Shown: positions 26,029 through 38,586, counted from the first letter of the stretch. The stretch: DNA of 64,000 nt from Ramazzottius varieornatus (GCA_001949185.1 BDGG01000013.1:1065226-1129225), one strand, 5' to 3'. Notes: a model not told the origin generated them from the letters alone. Numbers and translations: made by a program.

Positions 26029-26181
26029 CTGTAGTGCTACCAAATTATCGCGCACTGAACCACGTGATGAATCATCGTTGCCCAGTGCGATCAGATGACT
26101 CAGTGTCGTCTCTGTGACCATCACCCGGGCATCATTTACTGTTCACGTGGTTGAGTGGGCGATAATTTGGTAGCACTACAG
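26029..26181. mobile_element. Hairpin MITE with TA TSD
   Basis: CTGTAGTGCTACCAAATTATCG ... CGATAATTTGGTAGCACTACAG. Confidence 0.75.
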
Positions 26182-26183
26182 TA

Positions 26184-26327
26184 CTGTGAAAATTCGCTGC
26201 ATCCGCGCAGTACATACAAGTACGTGGCGATGCACTCCCGTAGGGGTTGAGCAATCAGTAAAGCCGGACCATGGCTGTACTTCACGTGTACGATGGCGTA
26301 CTGCGCGGACGCAGCGAATTTTTACAC
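26184..26327. mobile_element. MITE (CTGT..AATTCGCTGCGTCCGCGCAG family)
   Basis: TIR CTGTGAAAATTCGCTGCATCCGCGCAGTAC / GTACTGCGCGGACGCAGCGAATTTTTACAC; abuts the preceding MITE at a shared TA. Confidence 0.75.
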
Positions 26328-26650
26328 TAATGAAAAAATAAAAATTTCCGAAAACTGATTCTCAATGCTTTGCCGCACCGCACCGCAAAGCGACCCGTCA
26401 CCCTGATCTACACCGTATTTTCCGTCTGCACTTCGCTGGCGGATATCCGCCAAAGGCTACAACGGGCTCAGAAAGGAAGCCGGGAAAATATCCAGCCGGT
26501 TTAGCAGATCTTCAGCCTCTCCGTTTCGCAGGAGAATCCTCGAGTGATTATCGCTCCGTCCGCTGTATATACCGTCAAAGGTACTTCGCCTGTCGGCGTT
26601 ACGTCTTGGCCGATTGAATTTCAGTTTAGACTCCAGTGTTGATTTCCGCT

Positions 26651-27740
26651 ATGACTAGTGAGCAGGTCAAAAACTTGACAACGCCGACGTCATTTTACAA
26701 CTCGACCAGCAACCCGAATGCCATCTCATTTTCTCATATCGTCCCATTAACAATTGAGTGGCGCATCATTTGCATCCTTCTTCGAGTCTTCGCCATCTTT
26801 GCAAACCTGTCTCTTGTCATCGCCGTCTACGTTGACCGTACTTCGAAAGCAGGTCCCCGACTTCTCATCGGCAACCTAGCCGGGTGCAGTCTTCTTTTCT
26901 GCGCCTGTATCTTCCCTATACTATCTGCCCAGGAATGGCTACCCCCAAATTCCCTTTCATCGCGCTGTGCCATCGTTTCAGCCAGCTTCTTCTTCATCAC
27001 GGCCATCAGCTGGGCTGACGTCTGCCTGGCCATCAACCGTACTGTGGCCATCTGTTTCCCATACTATTACGATACTTTCCGAGCTCCAAAAGTCAGTTGG
27101 ACGCTGATCGTTTCCAGCTGGTGTCTCAGTATCGTTGCCGGAATTTTGATTGCGACTGAAACCGGAGTGGCTTTCATCGACACCAACGAACGTTTTTGCA
27201 CGCTGAAGGTCACCACCGGATTTGGCGATTTTTACACAGCCTTCTGTGTGGTGTTCCCTTACTTAAGTATTGGCATTGCTTCGTTATGTATATTCATCAC
27301 AGCTTACTTTCGACTGTGCCATCCGCCGGCAAACGCTTTGGACACTGTTCGGATCAAACGTCTGGTGACGCGGAGACTGGTCATCGCGAAAGCCATGTTA
27401 ATATCCCTACTGTGGAGCTTGCTGTGTACTGTTCCCACCCTGGTCGTTGCTTCCGTTTCACCGGACCTTGTGTGGGACAACAAATGGATTCATCTGCTAG
27501 TGACCTTAAGCATGATCCTCCTTTACGCTCTTAATCCCGTGAGTCAGGACTTACTATTGTCCACCTTGATTACTTGCCGGACGAAATTTTTCGTAGGTTA
27601 TCTACCTTTGGATCAGTCCTGCATATCGAAAATGCTTTCTGCGAGCGACACGCTGCCTGACGAACCATAGAAACTACAGGGTTGAGCCAAGCCCTGCGAC
27701 AAGAAACCAGCCATCCCATACTGCCGACACTCGCGTATAG
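26651..27740 (+). CDS. Rhodopsin-class (class A) orphan GPCR, 2 exons
   Basis: Seven hydrophobic segments; AINRTVAICFP (DRY-equivalent NR); N-glycosylated N-terminus; splicing the 27539-27596 intron restores the LNPVIY motif; stop at 27738-27740. Confidence 0.85.
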
Positions 27741-28234
27741 CAATTCGACTGCCTGCTCGATTTGAACCATCTTATCACCTCTCAATTATAATTCGCACTT
27801 GAAAAGTCAAGTACGAGCCTGAGCATCCGATTCTCCTACTTGTTGAAGTCAAGTTAGATGGAAACTTCAAATCAATGAGGACGGGGTTTTTAATATCTTT
27901 GCGATATTAAACCCCGTCCCCAGCGATTGGGAATACCAGCTGTCTTCGAGCAGTGTGGATGTCGATTACCCAGATGTGTGCTTCGAGTGACGGTGGGGAA
28001 AACTAAGCAGACAGCTGCGTTTCCAATCTTATCTGCGCGCTCGCAATACGACTTCGTACTATTGTGTTGAGGCGCAGTCGGCAGATACGACCAACGGCGC
28101 TCCAACGCAGCTACATGTTACGCCATTGATAAATCAAACTACAGGAATTTTTCGACGTTAATTGTTCTTCGTGGTGGTGCATCAACCATATGATAGTGAG
28201 AATACATGTTTTGGCTTGTTCATTTTGTTACAAG

Positions 28235-30019
28235 ATGTCTGTATACCGAGCACAAGCTTCCTTCTCGGTTGTCTTCCTGGCTCTGTTAGTGGGAGTGCGA
28301 TGCAGTGATGGACGGGTGCAGGCTTCAGGGAGAGCTCCGACTACCTTCAGAAACCCTATATCCGTAAGAAACCTTTTGGCTTCTCTAACTCGCTGAAGCG
28401 ACACCGAAATCGCTTTCCCGTAAACGTATCAGCTAGTGTGACACTCTCTGTTTGTTTCGATTAGGACGAAAAAATGGCCGATCCTTGGGTCTTGTTTTGG
28501 AATGGATCGTACCACTTGATTTCGTCAGCGGAAAATGAACAAGGAAGTAAGTATACTGACAAATTCAAGCTCGACTTCCAATAATTATGGTATTATGGTA
28601 CGTCGTCGTGTTCAAGCAAGGTCACTATATTATGTCACAGTTCCTACCCTGCGAGTGTACAAAAGTAACAACCTGGGCGACTTCCGCAATGCTGAGAAGA
28701 AAGTTATCTACACCGCTCCGCAAGGTACCATGTGGAGCAAAGAGCTGTGGGCTCCTGAACTCCACTACATCCACGGTGAATTCTACGTGTACTATGCAGC
28801 CGACGACGGAAATAACATTAACCACAAGATGTACGTTCTCAAAGGCGATGATCCCAACAATCCAATGTCCAGTTACACCTTCATGGGAAAGGTACTTGAT
28901 GGAACAGACCTGATTCAGTCAGTCTGGCCTTCAGAAGTCATAGGCTAATTCTTCTACATCTTATTAGATTTTCGACTCACAAAAAGACTGGTGGGGAATT
29001 GACGGAACGATACTCAAGCATCGCAACGGCAAGAACTATTACATCTATTCGGGTTGGGTAAGTCTTCGTTCAGAAACCCAGCGTAGAAAATTGCTCAGGT
29101 TAACTGCCATACCGCTCAGACAGAGGACTTATGCTCATGAATCATTGACTATAAGGCACCTTGCGTTTTCGACGAAAGCCTTAAACAATTGACCAAACTA
29201 ATTGGTGAAATGGTTCCGGTTGACAAACCTGCGTTCCGAGAGCAAGGATTCTCGATCTAGAAGCTAAGAAAAGATTGATTTTCGGACAATGACCATTTCT
29301 CTACTAATTAGCTTGGTCACTTGTGCAAGGTTTTTGCCGAATACGCAAGGTGCCTATTGTACTGCAAGCGCTGTGAAAACTGACGAAACTCAGCCGTATC
29401 GTCAGATTTGAATATTTTTTTCAGGATGGCGCATATAACTATGACCCGTTGGTCCAGCATCTCTTTATCGCCGAAATGGCCAGCCCCACTTCTCTCGTCC
29501 CCGGCACCGCCACCCTGATCAAGAGCCCCCACTACTCGTGGGAAACCGACGGTCAAGCTGTTGTAGAAGGACCCGCCGTCGTCGAGATGAACGATACCTA
29601 CTACCTGATGTACTCCGCTGGGGCCTCGTGGACCATGTACTACAGTACTAGCGTTATGGGTCTCAACGCACGGTCCGACCCGCTCAAAGCCTCCAGCTGG
29701 TGGCGCTCAGACAAGCCCGTTTTCCCACGCAACGAAGCCGAAGATGTCTACGGTCCCGGTCATGCATCCTTCACGGTGTCACCGGACGGAAAGGAACACT
29801 GGATTGTCTACCACGCTTTGGATGACCCTGTAAGTCAAAATTCCCGTTTTTCGGTACACAACGATATTCCTGATGTTTTTTATGTAGGAAGGACACTGGG
29901 CCAACCGCTCTCCCCGAGCTCAGCAATTCTTCTTCGACGCTACCGGTTTCCCATACTTTCCTCTAGCAGCCGGCTTTCATCGAGACATTCCTCTACCTTC
30001 TGGAACTGATGTCAAGTAA
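28235..30019 (+). CDS. Secreted glycoside hydrolase family 43 (alpha-L-arabinofuranosidase/arabinanase-like), 6 exons
   Basis: Signal peptide; ADPWV (base Asp), LWAPELH, GIDGT (modulator Asp), VVEGP (acid Glu), YGPGHASF, RSPRAQ..F...G.P.F; exons ~28235-28363, 28465-28546, 28641-28891, 28968-29057, 29425-29829, 29888-30019. Confidence 0.88.
29150..29358. mobile_element. MITE in GH43 intron 4
   Basis: AGGCACCTTGCGTTTTCG ... CGAATACGCAAGGTGCCT imperfect TIR extending ~55 bp. Confidence 0.6.
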
Positions 30020-30073
30020 GTTGTGGATTCCCAACCTCCCAAAAAATCCGCTAAATGTATTCCGGGGCTCATC

Positions 30074-30230
30074 AGGCCGAGCGAAGCGAGGTCCTTTTAA
30101 GTCTGTCGAGATTTCAAAGGACGATCAGATTCTTCGAGCTTTCAGATATCGCAAACACAGTACTGAGAAAAGACACGCCACTTGATCGAGGCGATTAAAA
30201 ATTTTACTGGGGAACCGTACTGTGAGTAAA
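30074..30230 (+). mobile_element. Helentron-associated/DINE-like element, 3'-truncated copy 2
   Basis: GGCCGAGCGAAGCGAGG..AAGTCTGTCGAGAT..GGACGATCAGATT homologous to 57990-58130. Confidence 0.6.
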
Positions 30231-30597
30231 AAGTTACGACTTACGATGGCAGTACACGTAACTGGAATAATTATTAGCCTGTTATCAATTATTGGCCACC
30301 CGTTTATTTCGGCGATCAGTGAATGACTCGATTGAATCGACTGAAGATCATCCACATAGCTTATGAACATGAAATGTTCACCAGACGAAGCCAAAACAGT
30401 CGGCCTTCTAGACGGCTCCAAAAGCGGTGACCAATCATTGAGAACCGGCCAACAATTATCCGGGATACGTGTGCTGCACCCATTTTCGCGCCGAAAACGC
30501 ACTGTCACCACGCCAGCAGCAACCCTAATCACGCATCCGTTTTGATGGAGGGCACTGTGGACACTGCAACAACCAACCCAAAAGAACTCAGAACATG

Positions 30598-30815
30598 GTG
30601 GAAGAACGAGCAACGGAGGCGCGAAGCACCGGAGTGCGAGCCGGCAGGGGTTCAGGGGGCGCAGCCCCCTGATGTCAGCAAACCAAAAGTTGACCCCGGG
30701 TGAACTGGCGCGGTAGTGGACAAACGAGCAACGGAGGCGCGAAGCGCCGCAGTGCGAGCCGGCAAAGGCTGCGCCCCCTGTTGTCAGCAATCCAGGGGTT
30801 GACCCCGGGTGAACT
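30598..30815 (+). repeat. Tandem ~118-bp GC-rich units (Helitron-like end repeat); related tandem pair at 34255-34480
   Basis: GAGCAACGGAGGCGCGAAGC..CGGAGTGCGAGCCGGC and GGGGTTCAGGGGGCGCAGCCCC recur at ~30608, 30727, 34295 and 34439. Confidence 0.6.
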
Positions 30816-31009
30816 GACGTTGTGGTGGCAACGATATGGTGCACGGCTGTCCATTCACTGTGTTACTTACCATGCTGGCGACGCATTTCGTGCGTTTCAG
30901 CAACCCTCGAAACGTGTCATGTTCTCATCTTTCGTTACGTGGTTTGTTAATACGGTGCAAGCTGCATCTTTGGTGGTGGTCACGTGGTGTGGCGGTTTTT
31001 TGTCGGCTC

Positions 31010-31380
31010 GTGTTCATAGTTCGTTACGCTTACCGATACGGTCAACTCAGCTGCAGCCACTCAACGGCGAAAGTTTGTGGTAGTTTCAGCGATCTTTCAG
31101 CTGCACAAAGTACCTGGTCTTTGATGAACGCAGTATGATAGGATGCCGTTTGTTTGCGTCTATGGACAAAAGGCTGAGAGAAGCTAAACCTGATGGGCAG
31201 AATGAACCATTCGGTGGACTGACTGTTATATCGGTCGGTGACCTGTACCAGCTACCCTCAGTGCTCGAAAAGTCACTATAAAGCAGGGCAAATGCTACTT
31301 CGGATGTGGCGGACGTGCAGACCGCTTTCTTATTGTACAGAAAGTTCAGCAAGGCAGTTTTTTTGTCCATTCCTCAATGA
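31010..31380 (+). pseudogene. PIF1-family (Helitron Rep/Hel) helicase fragment
   Basis: One frame reads VHSSLRLP..LNGESLW*FQRSFSCTKYLVFDERSMIG..DKRLREAKP..NEPFGGLTVISVGDLYQLPSV..* (PIF1 motifs Ib, II, III) with in-frame stops. Confidence 0.8.
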
Positions 31381-32174
31381 AAAATCGGCGAATATCCTCA
31401 AGCGCAAATTTCATTGGCTTCATCCATCTTACTCCCTCCAGCACCCATTTTTAACGGCTTATTTTGTCACACACAGTAGCTTCGGCCATTTCAAAGCTAC
31501 CATCGACACCCCCGACAAGAAAACTCTTTCTGATCAATTTGAGCACACAGCCGTTCGCTCAATCGGTCGCGGACAGCCTCATTTTACGACGGATTCCGTT
31601 TTTGTTTCAGTTTTTTCCAAGGGTCTGACTACAATCCAGGTTCGTCGAACGACCTCTTTCATCTGCAAACATCCAACCAAACGGTTTGTCGCGAGACTTG
31701 TGAGATGCGTCGAAACTGCGACTTGGTCGTGATGAACACTTGCGGTGATGAATGTTGGGGAAAAAGGTTCACCGGTTACGGAGGCTTCGTCAGCCGAAGC
31801 TGCCGGCAGACTATCAGAGTCGAATTCGATGACCGTCATCACGGAAACCTCTGAAGAACTCACCTCGCAAAATCAGACTCTTTGTTGCTATTATCAGCAT
31901 GAGCTATATAACTATAAGCTTGAGATTCGATAAGGTTCATTCTGTTATGGAGTGTTGTGCTCAAGACGAATCGACATTCACGATTAAGAAAAATAAGTAA
32001 GAAACAACTTTTTCTAGACGAGTAAAAAGACGAAAGTCATGGTCATCAATCCACAGAAAACGTTAACGGTCAAAATAAAACTCTAACAGAAATAAAAACA
32101 TAAAACTCTGATTGCTTCGAAAAACATTGTCGTTATTTGGTTAGCTGTATTCCAGTTTTGTGGCAAAAGAGGCT

Positions 32175-33793
32175 TCAAAGTTTCACTTCAGTTGGAAAGT
32201 TTTCCGAAGGGTGAAATTCGTGCGTGATCGCATCGCCATGAACCTTGACTATCCGCATACCCGCGGGATCGCTGGACATGGCTACTTCGCCATTGGGAAA
32301 GTGATCAAGTGTCATCCCGATGGCTGTGGTAGTGACGACTTCGAGTTCGCCATTCGGTCCAGCCCGGCCCTGAGCATTCTTGTGGTAATGCCCACAGAAA
32401 CATGCTTTGATGCCTACAAGGAAGCTTTTCGGTCAAATGCGGACAAAATTACTTTTGGAGTGCATGTGAGAGTCGGGACAGAGTGCATGATCGTTTTTCC
32501 CTAACAGCGCACGCTCTCAGCCAATAACAACGGAAACGTGCGCCGCTTGGAAGAGCAACATTGTCGAGTGCTCTAAGTAGCGCACGTTGCGAGCGCTATC
32601 GGTTGGTTTGCGTGTGCCACTTGGGATAACGATCTTGACGTTGACCAGATAACCAAAGGACCTGCGTCTATGAGCTTTGGCAAGTACTGCTGCCGGATCT
32701 CGATATCGGCGTTGAAGTACTCCGTCTTCTCATCGGGACTTTGGATGAACCAGGAGATGTGTTGAAAAATGATGGCATGCTGGATAGCTTTGCTCTGCAA
32801 ATCCGCTTTTGCCCTAGCGATCTCGGCCTCAAACCACTTGAAAAAAACAAGCTGAAGAGTGAGAAAAGACGCTGGCGCCTTCGAAGAGAAAAAGGCCATG
32901 TTAAGTAACGAGAAGGCTTCGTGTGAAACGTTTTCGAAGGAAGATACCTCGTCCACAGTTTTCAAAAACTGTGAGTTTATGCATATGCAGCGGACTCCTC
33001 GAGCGTCGAACGTGTAGTAGTCTGGTCCAAAGGTTTCTTTGAAGTGATCTAGATCAGCTTGACCAGGAGTATTTTGGATGTCGTGGTTGCCCGGTACAAG
33101 CACGATGGGAATTTTAGGGTTGACTTCGTTCAGTGTTATGAGGAAGTCTTTCTCTTGCGCCTTCTTCAGCTCGTTGACTGAAACGAAAACAGGTTCGCAC
33201 ACTGGGCGTAAATTCTTCTGGCACTGCTGCTAATGCGCAGCCCTAGAGCTACTTGGCCCCTAGTCACCTACTTCCAAATTCATGGACAAGATCGCCGCAA
33301 ATGACGAAGAACGCCGGAGGAATGGGTGAGATGGATAGTCTGTTGATATCGTCCACTGCCAACCGCATCAACGCCATGTCTTCTTCCCACGTTATCTCTG
33401 TAAAGTCCGTCTTCTTCCTTAGCCATCCGTCAAACATGCCGAACTACGCGTAGAAAGCCAAACGTGTAAAGAACATAATATTACGTTGGACTGATGCTAT
33501 TGATAGCATTGCGTGCAAGCCAAAAACAGAATTATCACGCCAAGTCGCGCATGGCGTCACAAACTTGAACCGCAACCATCAAATCGAATTGTGAGCTCAT
33601 AGGCAGTTGACGATAATTTATGGTGACAAAAATTGCCTACCTGTGGATCGGCGCCCTGAATGAAGTAAAACGGCCCTCTCCATGCGGTATCTGCAACGTG
33701 AACATCACTAAACAAGTCCAGCGCACCTTCAGACCAAGTATTTCGAAAACATACCGTTCTTGAAGGCGTGTAGCGGGCTTCGGAGTCGGACAT
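32175..33793 (-). CDS. CPPED1: Calcineurin-like metallophosphoesterase CPPED1
   Basis: GPFYFIQGADPQ|FGM, FFVICGDLV, VPGNHDI, IIFQHI, CFCGHYHKNA, VVTTTAIG over ~5 exons; stop at 32175-32177. Confidence 0.85.
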
Positions 33794-34686
33794 CCGGTGG
33801 TTGTGCATACTTGGAAGAGAGCTCGATCCCACTTGGGCGACGAGTCCTTGCTGGGCGCGAAAGCCCACTTCCGGTAGCCATCCCGCTCCTCCACAGGTAT
33901 TCACGCTTCCCGAAATAAAAAAGCAGCTGAGTACGAGATAATGTTCGTGTGGGGCGGAAGCACTCGAGACAGGCGAGACTTGACGGAGATAACTGCAAAA
34001 AAATTCTGATCCTTTAATTTATTGCATTAGCGTAAGTACGGAGTATCAAGTCTGCATTCTCTAGCCATACTTTGCTCACACTTAGTTGTACTGTAACAGT
34101 CCTTACCGCGGTTGTATCTTAAGGCTTAATTTAAGGCTTAAGAATGAACGAGGAGAAAACATTTATGCCCTTCTTTGTCCCACGACATTAAATCGGTCAA
34201 TCTTACTCAAAAAATGTGAGCGTGTGAGCTGACAACTCAGTCCGAGGGGGGAAGGTTCTGCACTCATGATGGGCGCTGGAGGCTTCGAGCGACCGAGCAA
34301 CGGAGGGGCGAAGCGCCGGAGTGCGAGCCGGCGGGGGGTTCAGAGGGCGCAGCCTCCGGACGTCGTTCGTGCAAACACTTCAGTCCAAGGGTGGAAGGGT
34401 TCTGCACTCATGGTGGGTGCTGGAAGCTATGAGCGACCGAGCAACGGAAGCGCGAAGTGCCCGAATGCGAGCTGGCAGAGTTTAGGTTTCACCGCGCCGT
34501 GAAGTTAGTGGAAGCAGACTAAATTTGTTGTATGTGATTTTGTGAGTAGATGACATGTTCTGAAGAAGTTTGTTCTGCCAGTTTTGCCTGAAGGATAGTC
34601 TTCAGTCTGCTGTTAGTAGCGATAACGATTCTGAGTAACAGAAGTCTGAATGAGCTTATTTGAAGATGGACGCATTATGAGGCTGT

Positions 34687-35460
34687 TTAGATGCGTTCCA
34701 CGATGTTCGGTCCTCGTTCGTTCGACAGCCAGTGACGGACGGCGTGGACAGTCGACGGGTTCTCGGTGTATGTCACTCCGTCAGGCTGTGGGTACAGTGC
34801 AGCTGAGGGATTGCTGTAGATGATAGGGTTTTTCTTCCTGCCACACTGCATCATCTTCTTCGGGTGGATGCTGATGCAAAGACAATAAGTAGATGCAATC
34901 AAGACCAGAACCACCGAACCGACGATAAAGAACATCTTCTAACCCGTAAAATATTCTTGTACAGCTGTAACGATGCCAGGAATCTTTGATTGGCTATCAC
35001 TCTTACCTCTGTCGGACAGCTCGTTGCCTAGATGCAGACGGCTCACTGCGACTGTTGCCGTCATCGGTACCATTTCGTGCCTTTGTAAGAGTACGCAATT
35101 TGACCAATCTCAATACGGTTGTTGGTAGGTAAGCAAGGAACAAATGTTGGCATAAGCGTATAACCGTCCAAAGAAACCGACCTGTTTTGGACAGCTGGTT
35201 CGTATCCACACTCTGTGTGTTTGACTGCGACCGTGCTGTTGACCACTTCACACTGGTAGGGAGCCGCTGTGTTTTCTTTGGAATCGATGGCTCTGCAGCG
35301 GTCAAAGCCTAGTAGTTGGGCTGCTCGGATAGATGATGATTGGGAATACATGGTCAGCAAAGCAGCGATGTTCTTTCTAGTGCTGCAGTCCATCCGTCGT
35401 AGCTCACAATGGATGACGTTGATTTTCACCATCACATTGTCGGATACGTACTGCTGATGT
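34687..35460 (-). CDS. Hypothetical Cys-containing single-pass membrane protein (partial, possibly disrupted)
   Basis: ORF 35061-35435 (Cys-rich, N-glycosylation sequons) followed by TM-bearing ORF 34687-34935 (FFIVGSVVLVLIASTYCLCI); the join is not resolved. Confidence 0.3.
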
Positions 35461-36504
35461 GAACTTTACCATTGTTGGTTAAGACGACCTACCGAGTAGA
35501 CTGGAGAAGCAGTTGTTTCAGGTTCAAAACGGGAAGTGCGATGTTCCTCCATAGGAGCACTCCACTTCCCGATACTCGCTGGAGTCTACACGCTTGACCT
35601 GATGTGGATGATCATCCCACGTGTTTCATAACATAAAAATATGATATGTTTAGAAACAATACTCTACACCCTGATCGGGCCAACTTGCTACCACTCATCA
35701 CGTCAAGCCTATCTCCGTGTGGTTAGTGCCTAGCTCTGAGATCAATTCATTTCCATTCGACGACCTGTTTGCCAACTTCTGGAAAATACTGACCAGAAAT
35801 CTTTTCTCGGAACGCCGGAACCCAAATTAAGCCAGGGGAGGTGCGAAATGAAAAGTACGACAACTTTCGCAAATTTCGTTTGAAGTTTTGAAAATTTTTG
35901 AAAATTGTTTTTCTCAGTTGACGTCTTGCAGTACTGTCAACGGGCATAATTAGAACATGGACTGAGCTACAAGAAAACATGCTGATATCACGAATTCGCT
36001 GATCTGCAAAAATTTAGAATTTTTTCCACTGAACAAGGTTTCCCGGCAAAATCGAAAAACTGGACGGTTTCAGTTCATTTGCCGAGTCAGTTCAGCGCGT
36101 TTGAAGCCTTCCTCGATCCTTACCGGTTACGCAAAGCAGTAGTGAACTGTTCCAAAGTAACTAGGGTAAGAGACTCAATTCTGGATGTTTTCAGAATACA
36201 TGTCGGTCGGTCTTCCACACCGGAAGTCGTTGCAGTCAAGTTTTCCGAACTGTTTGTAGGTGTAGTGAAATGTGGTATGGCTGAATTATGGGCGGCCGGA
36301 GCGGCAAAAGTGAGGTTGGTAGTCTTCGAGCCTGTTCAGACCTTGCTTATTTTTAGAGTTGGGAATTTCATCAGTGTTACATCGGTAAAATTTGCCAGTC
36401 TGAAAATAAGCAGGCTCTGAATAGGGTCGCAGACAGGCTCCCATACGGAATTTCACTAGTCCATGACTAGGAAAATCCGCCAGTCTCAAAAAAGACAGGA
36501 TCTA

Positions 36505-37794
36505 CAGAGGGTGTTCAAGCCAAGTTGTAACACTTTACTCAGAATTTCCTACACAATCCCATAAAAGGTATTCTAGTTCAGCAGGCGTTCTATCTGAAAG
36601 CCCTTTCTCTCTATCATCAACTCCACACGTCGTTTCCAGGATTGTAAAGCTCTCTCAATTTTTTCCATCGGAAGTTTGACCCAGGCTGTCTTGATTGCGC
36701 GCACTAAACCGGTATCGTCACGCGGCTTCTTGTTGAACAATAATCCCATGAAAATTCCACTTACTGCGAAATCCATCGGTGCCAGGTCCGGGCTGTTCCC
36801 GATCCAATGCTCTCTCGGAATGAACTTCACTTCGGACTGTCGAAGGTATTCCTGAGTTTTTCTGGCCTGGTGCGCGGGAGCGTTGTCCTGGTGGAGAACG
36901 ACTTTGTGAGCTTCCTTGCCGCAAAGCCGTGGGATTTCTTTTTCGATCAGCGGCTTCAGGACATTTTGGATGTACAAGTCGGCATTGATTTTAGCCCCAG
37001 ACGGACTGATGAACATCTTCGTGGGTCCACGGAAAGAAATTCCCGCGCAGCACATGATACCTTTGGGGTGCTTTTGTTGACAATTCTTCTTCCATTCTTT
37101 GCAGTTCTCCCATCCGCGAAACTTGTAGTAGACCTTCCGCTGACCATTCACGTATGTAGGGTAGACCGAGAACTCGTCAATAGTTACAATAAACTTCCAC
37201 TTCTCACCTTTCAAGTACTTGAGAAAATTCGGACCGCGGTCGAGCCGTTGCTGGGCTTGCTTGTTCGACAGAGCGTGCACGGGATAATTTTTCCGACATT
37301 CTGCCTCGCAAACTTTTGTGATATTATGAATCGTGCCCACCGATACCTTCTACTTCTTTGCCATCTGTCGTTGAGAAGGTGGATTCGGTTTATCGATGTC
37401 TTTGAAGACCTTCTTCTCAATGGACTTGATGTGATGTGGACGGGTGTTCTGCGGCGGAATTTCTTTTGGCTTCTTGTGAACTCCTTTCGTGGTATCTTTG
37501 TCCTTCCGTAAAATCCGACGGACTGTCCCATAAGATGCTGGATATCCCATAGCCGTAACTTCTTTGGTTATTTTCCTGAGCGATCCTACTTTTCGAGCGG
37601 TGGCCAAGATGGCCGCGACGGTTTCAGAACTAGTTTCTGAAGGCATTTGTAATCTTGACACCAAACATGAATTGACAAGAGAATCAGCGGTGTTTACTCT
37701 GCTAGAAATCAGCTGAGATGTGGCACAAGACTGTGAGAAAGCGTCACAGGCATTTTTTCTGCCAACTGCTACAACTTGGCTTGAACACCCTCTG
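36505..37794 (-). mobile_element. Tc1/mariner transposon, DD37D (maT) family, full length
   Basis: 25-bp perfect TIR CAGAGGGTGTTCAAGCCAAGTTGTA with TA on both sides; single transposase frame. Confidence 0.93.
36573..37647 (-). pseudogene. DD37D transposase with one in-frame TAG (37350-37352)
   Basis: MPSETSSETV.. HTH region, VTIDE, HQDNAPAH, SPDLAPMDF with 37 residues between the 2nd and 3rd Asp; the two ORFs are in frame across the stop. Confidence 0.88.
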
Positions 37795-37994
37795 TAAACA
37801 GCCTCGACAAGCAGTTCCATAATTTTGACCAAGTTACAAAACTGCATGTCGAAGACTATGCAGAATCGAAGACTACCAACCTCATTCTCGCCGTGCCGGC
37901 GGCCATACTCCAACGAGGCTCTTGATTCAGCCTGGAGTTACCCCAGCCTGCTCTGGTAACACACGTTCCCTCGAGAATCGAAAAAGGAAACGTA

Positions 37995-38586
37995 TACGCA
38001 CGACGAGATATTACGGGCCAGTAAAAATTACGGGCCAGGCCCTTTCGCTACGGCGGCACGGGCGGGTGATTTTTGCTACAAGTAAAAAGTAAAAACCAGC
38101 ATCGAAGGCTGCACTGCTGTACGTGCTGGACATTGGGCTGAGGAGCTAAAACATGTCATATTAATATTTATTGTGTGGTATCTTCGACATAACGTAGGAC
38201 TGTGCTGCGCGGAAGTTTGAAGACTGGAGCTGCTTCGCGTAGTGCCATTCCATTCCCGACTGCAGATAGAGCATCCTTCAGGGCTTCTTCGGTGTATCAT
38301 CGATACCGTTCGGTCTTGAAGGGCTGGGACATTTTCAAAAACGCTCACGGAAAGGGTATCGGGACAAGGAGTCCAGAGCTTCTCCGAGAGAAAGTTAAAT
38401 GGCTATGCACAGTGAAACAGCTGATCAGCTGACGGCCACTGCACATGACAAATTTCTACGGTTGAATTTTACTACATTACGTCATTTATCCGATTTCTGT
38501 TTATGTCTTCCATACAAATTGCAAATTTGCCGTCTTTAACGCCTGGTCCGTAATTTTTACTGGCTCGTAATATCTCATCGTGCGTG
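37995..38586 (-). mobile_element. Non-autonomous pogo-like element carrying a pipsqueak-type HTH remnant
   Basis: ~46-bp TIR (T/C)ACGCACGA.GAGATATTACG.GCCAGTAAAAATTACGG, TA flanks; minus strand 38332-38165 reads MSQPFKTERYR*YTEEALKDALSAVGNGMALREAAPVFKLPRSTV. Confidence 0.75.

Noticed and set aside
28235-30019. Bacterial contamination as the source of GH43
   Set aside because: Five spliceosomal introns, an intronic MITE and contiguity with animal genes
30125-30844. 239-aa minus-strand ORF
   Set aside because: Runs through GC-rich repeats and a DINE-like element; no recognisable domain
36807-37511. 234-aa plus-strand ORF
   Set aside because: Antisense shadow of the mariner transposase
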